This document shows positions 59,533 through 64,000 of a DNA stretch of 64,000 nucleotides, one piece after another; the first letter of the stretch is position 1; every line of letters begins with the position of its first letter. The notes beneath the pieces were generated by a model. It did not search any database, was not told where the DNA came from, and saw only the letters and a program-made list of their open reading frames with translations. The translations under genes were made by a program, and so were the position numbers. This DNA comes from Neodothiora populina (taxonomy: Eukaryota): NCBI RefSeq assembly GCF_041146345.1, contig NW_027191410.1, forward strand, positions 1 to 64,000, given 5' to 3'.

Positions 59533-60300
59533 TCAAAGCTCAGGCCCGACGACCTCCTGTTCTGCTCCCTGGGGCTCCTCTTGGATGAAGAAATAGGCTA
59601 TACACAAGGAGCAATTGCAGCTTCTGGTATACAAGGCATTGTGCTGAATGTGGCGATGAATCTGAAGGTCCATGGCAGTGAAATGGACATGGTCGACGGT
59701 GCATTGACTGCAGGTGAAAATAGTCGCCGAAGGAAAAGGAGGCAGAGCAATGAGCTTTGTCCAGGACCTGGGATTGGACGCGTCGAGACCGGGGATGATT
59801 TGTGGTGCATGGACTTGGTCCGCAACCGCCACTTCTATACCGCCGGTCAGATCACCACCGGGACTATTGCCAACGACCGAATCTTCTCTGTCCGGATAGA
59901 TATCGGGGATTGAGAAGGGAGCATAGACAGACTCGTCATCGACATCATCACCATAACCATCGATGTCTCTGTCCCCGCTGACACTTGTTGTATTGAGGCT
60001 CGAAGTCCAAGAGTCTCCCGGGTGTTTGGTCTTTGTATGACGATTAAGCAGCCACTGACGAGCGAATCCGGCATCACAGAATGGGTGCTGGCAGCGATAA
60101 GGCTTTTCTCCCGTGTGCGTCCGCATGTGCTGCCTCAGGTTGAAGTCGCATGAGTGTGTGGAGCCACAATGTGGGAATGGACAAGACAGCGTTTTGCGAT
60201 TGTTGTAAGACGAGCCGCGAGTGCGAGAACTACGTGTGCGAGCCCTGGAATCGCTTGTGGCGGAGTGGCGGCGGGTCCGGCTTGTCGTGGTCATTTTCAT
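59533..60300 (-). CDS. C2H2 zinc-finger protein
   Basis: CPFPHC..NLRQHMRTH-TGEKPY-RCQHPFC..F..LNRHTKTKH; additional C-terminal CSQC..HRHIQH..CNCSLC. Confidence 0.8.
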   Translation of the reverse strand: MKMTTTSRTRRHSATSDSRARTRSSRTRGSSYNNRKTLSCPFPHCGSTHSCDFNLRQHMRTHTGEKPYRCQHPFCDAGFARQWLLNRHTKTKHPGDSWTSSLNTTSVSGDRDIDGYGDDVDDESVYAPFSIPDIYPDREDSVVGNSPGGDLTGGIEVAVADQVHAPQIIPGLDASNPRSWTKLIALPPFPSATIFTCSQCTVDHVHFTAMDLQIHRHIQHNALYTRSCNCSLCIAYFFIQEEPQGAEQEVVGPEL

Positions 60301-61432
60301 GTTCCTCTTGGACGGTTTACTCGAAGTCGCCTTGGTCAGGATAAGATGCAGCGTCAAGCTGTGAGTCGAAGTTGTCGTGAGCTATAGAAGAAAGTGCTGG
60401 AATCTTAACAACGATCTCTCGCCGAGGTGTCGAGTATGTTGTTGTTGCGCCTGGTTTTCTGGGGAGCAAAGAACAACCCAATTGCATAGAACAAGGTGAT
60501 ATAAATCAGGATTGGACATATTGGAATCTGGTGGTGAACGTCGAGAGTGTTGCGCTCACCTCGGATAGTAGACCAGCCTTTTGAAATAACACCGCGACGG
60601 CCTTTCACCCTTTGGCTACATTTCGTCTCTCCGAGTACACTAGTCCTCTTGCAACCCGTGGAGGGTGTTTGGCCGCCCTCGTCTACATTGTTCGATCAAG
60701 GTATGAGACATTCAAGGAGAAGAATTCGAGAACAAAGTCCAGTCATACAAACACGAATGAAATGATATTGACCAAGTCGACTTCTACCTTCATGATGAAG
60801 CCCAACAGTTATCCTTGCTCACTTGGAAGATGAGGATAACAGCGGAATGACAGTGGCCAACGGAAGTGGCCTCTACACCCTGTAACCACAACGGAGCCTA
60901 GGCTTGTCTAGAAACGAAGACGATAATTCCATTGTTGATGACCTGGAGTAGCCTCTACAAGGTAGACCACTTGTTGGACCGAATCGCCTTGATTGTCGAC
61001 GGCTGGGGCTGGTTGACTGGAAGAGACAAAGCGCCGGACAATGGGGAATCCGACAAGGAAACCAAGGCTTTGTCGACATCCATCAGGTATCGTCACTCTC
61101 TGTTGTTCTTTGTCGAGTGTGCCCTTTGAGAACTTATCTTCATTCGGACGTTTGAGACAGGTCTCACCCATTTTCTTATCTTTCAATAAGTGTATCTTTT
61201 CTTGGAATCTATCGCATCGCCATTCATCTGTGCTTCGTGGAGCTTGCGCTCAAAGTTGGGTTTTTTGTTGTGCTGTTCGTAAGATTGTCCCTTTGTGGGG
61301 ATGAAACACGCTCGGCTTTCAGTCTTATGCAAACAAAGGATGATGACTCTCGACACTGATACTTCGCAATGAACAAAGGCGATAACAAAACCCTTTGTGC
61401 ATGTGTCGCGAGGTCAATCTGAGCCGTCGATT

Positions 61433-62365
61433 TCACTCGCCGTTCTCCATCAGCCGCTGCGTCTCGATCTCGGCCTGCAGCTCTTCGACCGTCAACGGTG
61501 TCTTTCTTCCGGTCCATCTCTGGGCCTCTTGTTCAGCAAAGCCAGTCATGCTTATCAAGGCCACGACTAGAAACCCCAATTCTTCTCGATCGACATCAAA
61601 GACCTCCCACCACTCATCCCCAGGCAGCTTTACGCCAGTCTCCTTGGATGCTAGATAGATGGCAGAGGTGGCAATCGCATGAGGCTGATGGGTAAGATAA
61701 ACGCATTGGGGACTGAGCAGAGCTATGTTCAAATATGCAAAAGCTCTCTTGGCCAGCGCAATCCCCTCTTCAGGTGCAGAGAATACTTCTAGAGTTTGCA
61801 GATAATTGATGCATAGTGTATACGGAAGAGCAACGTGGGTCTGGTATCCGAGGACTCGTAAAATGTGAGCTTCGTTCTGGACTAGGGATGTGAGAGCATC
61901 CTGGTATGTCCCTTCAGGTAGAAAGGAATCTGCAAGAGTCACTTTGCTCAAAGACTCCAAGGACAGATTTTGTGGAAGCTTGTACAGATACCAAAGAACA
62001 GACAGCAATTGACGAGGGCTGACTGCATGAGCAGATGGCTTTGTCACCAAGTAAATGGTCGCAGAAGCGATGTCCTGAAGGTGATCAGCATTCGCCGATG
62101 CGTTATAATGCTTATGACTTACCATGGCACTGTGCTGCGTAAGACTTCCACCTTCAGGACCCACCCAAAATCTGGTGAAGATTATGATAGCTTCCGCGAT
62201 TACTTCCTGAGGTAGACGCAGAAGTACGCCGGCTGTCTGAATCAGCTTACTTGATTCATAGCGGACGGACTCCTCAAGCTCAGGAGGAACTCCATCAATC
62301 TGCGATGCAGACGTTTGTAGCTGCTTGGGTGTAGCAATCGGATTAGTCAAATGCGACAGCTCCAT
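61433..62365 (-). CDS. Cyclin L-like transcriptional cyclin (in-frame intron ~62077-62121)
   Basis: LTNPIAT..SASQIDGVP.ELE, LIQTAGVLLRLPQ, EAHILRVLGY..HV..P, PHAIATSAIYLA and WWEVFDV motifs. Confidence 0.85.
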   Translation of the reverse strand: MELSHLTNPIATPKQLQTSASQIDGVPPELEESVRYESSKLIQTAGVLLRLPQEVIAEAIIIFTRFWVGPEGGSLTQHSAMVSHKHYNASANADHLQDIASATIYLVTKPSAHAVSPRQLLSVLWYLYKLPQNLSLESLSKVTLADSFLPEGTYQDALTSLVQNEAHILRVLGYQTHVALPYTLCINYLQTLEVFSAPEEGIALAKRAFAYLNIALLSPQCVYLTHQPHAIATSAIYLASKETGVKLPGDEWWEVFDVDREELGFLVVALISMTGFAEQEAQRWTGRKTPLTVEELQAEIETQRLMENGE

Positions 62366-62720
62366 CCTGTTCAAGTTCCATTCTTCACAATTGTCGGTTC
62401 CGGTACTGCATGAGGTGGACTTGTGGTTGGATCGCTCGAAGCGCGGGGCTTCGCCGAGACCGAATTCTTGGCGCAAGAGCGCTCGCGATTTACAGTACAT
62501 GAAACAACCATCTCTATAAGTGACCGCTATCTAGTGGACTTCCTTTCGTTCTGTCTCATGATTTGTATCCCATCGCAAGTGTTGGCGCCACTTGTGTGAG
62601 GCAATAAGGTATTGTATTGAATATTGTGATTACGTTCAACTGCCATTCCATCTTTCGCCTTGTGAACAACATGAGTTGAAGAATATACGAGGGCTGGTAA
62701 GGCGCATGGTCAATGGACCT

Positions 62721-64000
62721 TTAAGTAGACCTGTGCGAAGTCTGAAAAGCCGACGAGGGCGAGTAGTGCACACTCCCATCCTCGCGAGTAGACTCAGATG
62801 TTGCCCATGCCCCCTCCTTTTCCTGACGAGTAGACGAGGGCGGATAAGACACAAGCTCATTATACTCTTCGCGAGCGCGAGTAGAGCCGCGAGACCATTT
62901 GTCAGGCTCGTAATAAATCGGGATTGCGGGAAACAGTCGTTGATGCTCTACCATTGCGAGGGCCTTCATCCTCTCCTTCTGACGATAGCGAAAGTCCCTT
63001 TTCGCATGTCCATCGTCTTTCTGGATTTCAGCGATGGTTTTCTGCTTGAGTTCCGAGTCCAAGACGTCGCTTCCCCAGACGATGTCCCATGTCTCCGAGG
63101 CGGAGTCCCATTCCATCTTTGGACATTGGGCAAAGACAGCGGCCCATCTCCGCTGCATGAATCGCTCGTTCAGCTCTCGGGGCCTGGCGGTTTGATCGGC
63201 CATGAAGTAGATTTCGTCCGGGGTCTTAGCATCGGACAGGCCCAGTTGTTGTGTGAGGATAGCATCTCTAGAGTTGGCGTATCCTCTGCTGGGTTCGAGT
63301 ACCGGGGTGGCCTTTACTCTCCGCACGACAGGTTCATAAGGTAGTAGGCCTGTGGCGCGCCGGCGGAGCTCCTCCCATGCGTTGGTTTCGAGGGGTGGCA
63401 GAGTGCGGTCGAGCATGGTGGCATACCATTCCTTTGTCAAGTTCTTGACTCTCTTCATTGGCAGGGGCCGGTTCCAGACATTTTTCGAGGGAATGTCTGG
63501 CTTAAGGGAGCGTGGATTAGGGCGCGTGATTTCAGGGACGGAACTGCGCATCTGCGAGGACAACAGGGCTTTGAGTTTGTTGGTGAGTTTAGGCAGTTCG
63601 AGGTGCTTAGCTTCGGCGTCGAATCTCGCAGGCCAGAGTCCAGCAAAAGTAGCGTCCTCCTCCTCTGAATTCTTCTTTTTCTTTTGCTGCTTTGATGCTG
63701 CTTCCGGGACAGAGACAGACGCGGGTTCACCGTCGAGGATGGAGTCGTCCTTGAGCAGCGGAGCCATCAGCTCGTGGCGTCTCTTGCCGGTGCGGCCATA
63801 AGTCATGTGCAAGACTTTGGCGACAAGCTTTAGTTGTCCACGGTTGGCTCTGTATATCTCGGAGAGGGCCTTTCTGGCCTTTTGCACGGCGCGAGGCCTG
63901 CGACCATAGGTCAAAGTGATTGAATGCTGGCGGAGTTGATGGTCGCGGAAGCGATCGCCGATGTGGGCAGCAATGTACTTGCGAGCGTGAGGGTCTGGCA
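62721..64000 (-). CDS. Mitochondrial LYR-motif (Cup1-like) protein, 5' end outside the window
   Basis: Frame open to the window edge (PDPHARKYI..RFR); RAN.G..KVL.MTYGRTGKRRHELM; NVWNRPLPMKR..N; RFMQRRW. Confidence 0.75.
   Translation of the reverse strand, partial: PDPHARKYIAAHIGDRFRDHQLRQHSITLTYGRRPRAVQKARKALSEIYRANRGQLKLVAKVLHMTYGRTGKRRHELMAPLLKDDSILDGEPASVSVPEAASKQQKKKKNSEEEDATFAGLWPARFDAEAKHLELPKLTNKLKALLSSQMRSSVPEITRPNPRSLKPDIPSKNVWNRPLPMKRVKNLTKEWYATMLDRTLPPLETNAWEELRRRATGLLPYEPVVRRVKATPVLEPSRGYANSRDAILTQQLGLSDAKTPDEIYFMADQTARPRELNERFMQRRWAAVFAQCPKMEWDSASETWDIVWGSDVLDSELKQKTIAEIQKDDGHAKRDFRYRQKERMKALAMVEHQRLFPAIPIYYEPDKWSRGSTRAREEYNELVSYPPSSTRQEKEGAWATSESTREDGSVHYSPSSAFQTSHRST

Noticed and set aside
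60400..61400. Short ORFs between the C2H2 gene and cyclin L
   Set aside because: All under 100 aa, with no motifs and no convincing splice model.

Overview
Gene-dense eukaryotic DNA from a filamentous ascomycete (Pezizomycotina, Dothideomycete-like; inferred from gene families and short GT-AG introns with CTAAC/CTGAC branch sites). It holds about 38 protein-coding genes, mostly single-copy housekeeping genes and many mitochondrial: ATP12, ALG13, ERV2, UreF, TRM140, COQ10, COA1, heme oxygenase-like, two J-proteins, EMC2, pinin-like, Atg38-like, IPI1, TUM1, MRPS8, GH16, POP7, LIP2, LYS4, allantoicase, COQ5, BCD1, NDUFA5, UPS1, ELP6, ARO7, MAPEG, PPM1, OXR1, cyclin L-like and a LYR protein. Three dead IS630-Tc1-mariner elements are present: a Fot1-type copy with perfect TIRs, an intron-containing pogo/Tigger-type copy, and a Tc1 remnant. 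Most notable: (1) a spliced host gene whose N-terminus is an IS630/Tc1 transposase bipartite DNA-binding domain with no catalytic domain, a candidate domesticated regulator; (2) a NuiA-like nuclease-inhibitor protein with an optional mitochondrial presequence; (3) a 259-bp MITE-like insertion with a 6-bp TSD and an 11-bp periodic motif array, whose empty site lies in the adjacent duplicate; (4) a secreted precursor with three [VIL]xAR|S sites and a 6-Cys C-terminal peptide; (5) a 68-bp dispersed element shared by two 3' intergenic regions; (6) a perfect UaY-type site plus GATA sites upstream of allantoicase. No rRNA, tRNA, CRISPR array or secondary-metabolite backbone gene was recognised. All family calls are by eye from recalled motifs, not database searches, and intron boundaries are predicted.
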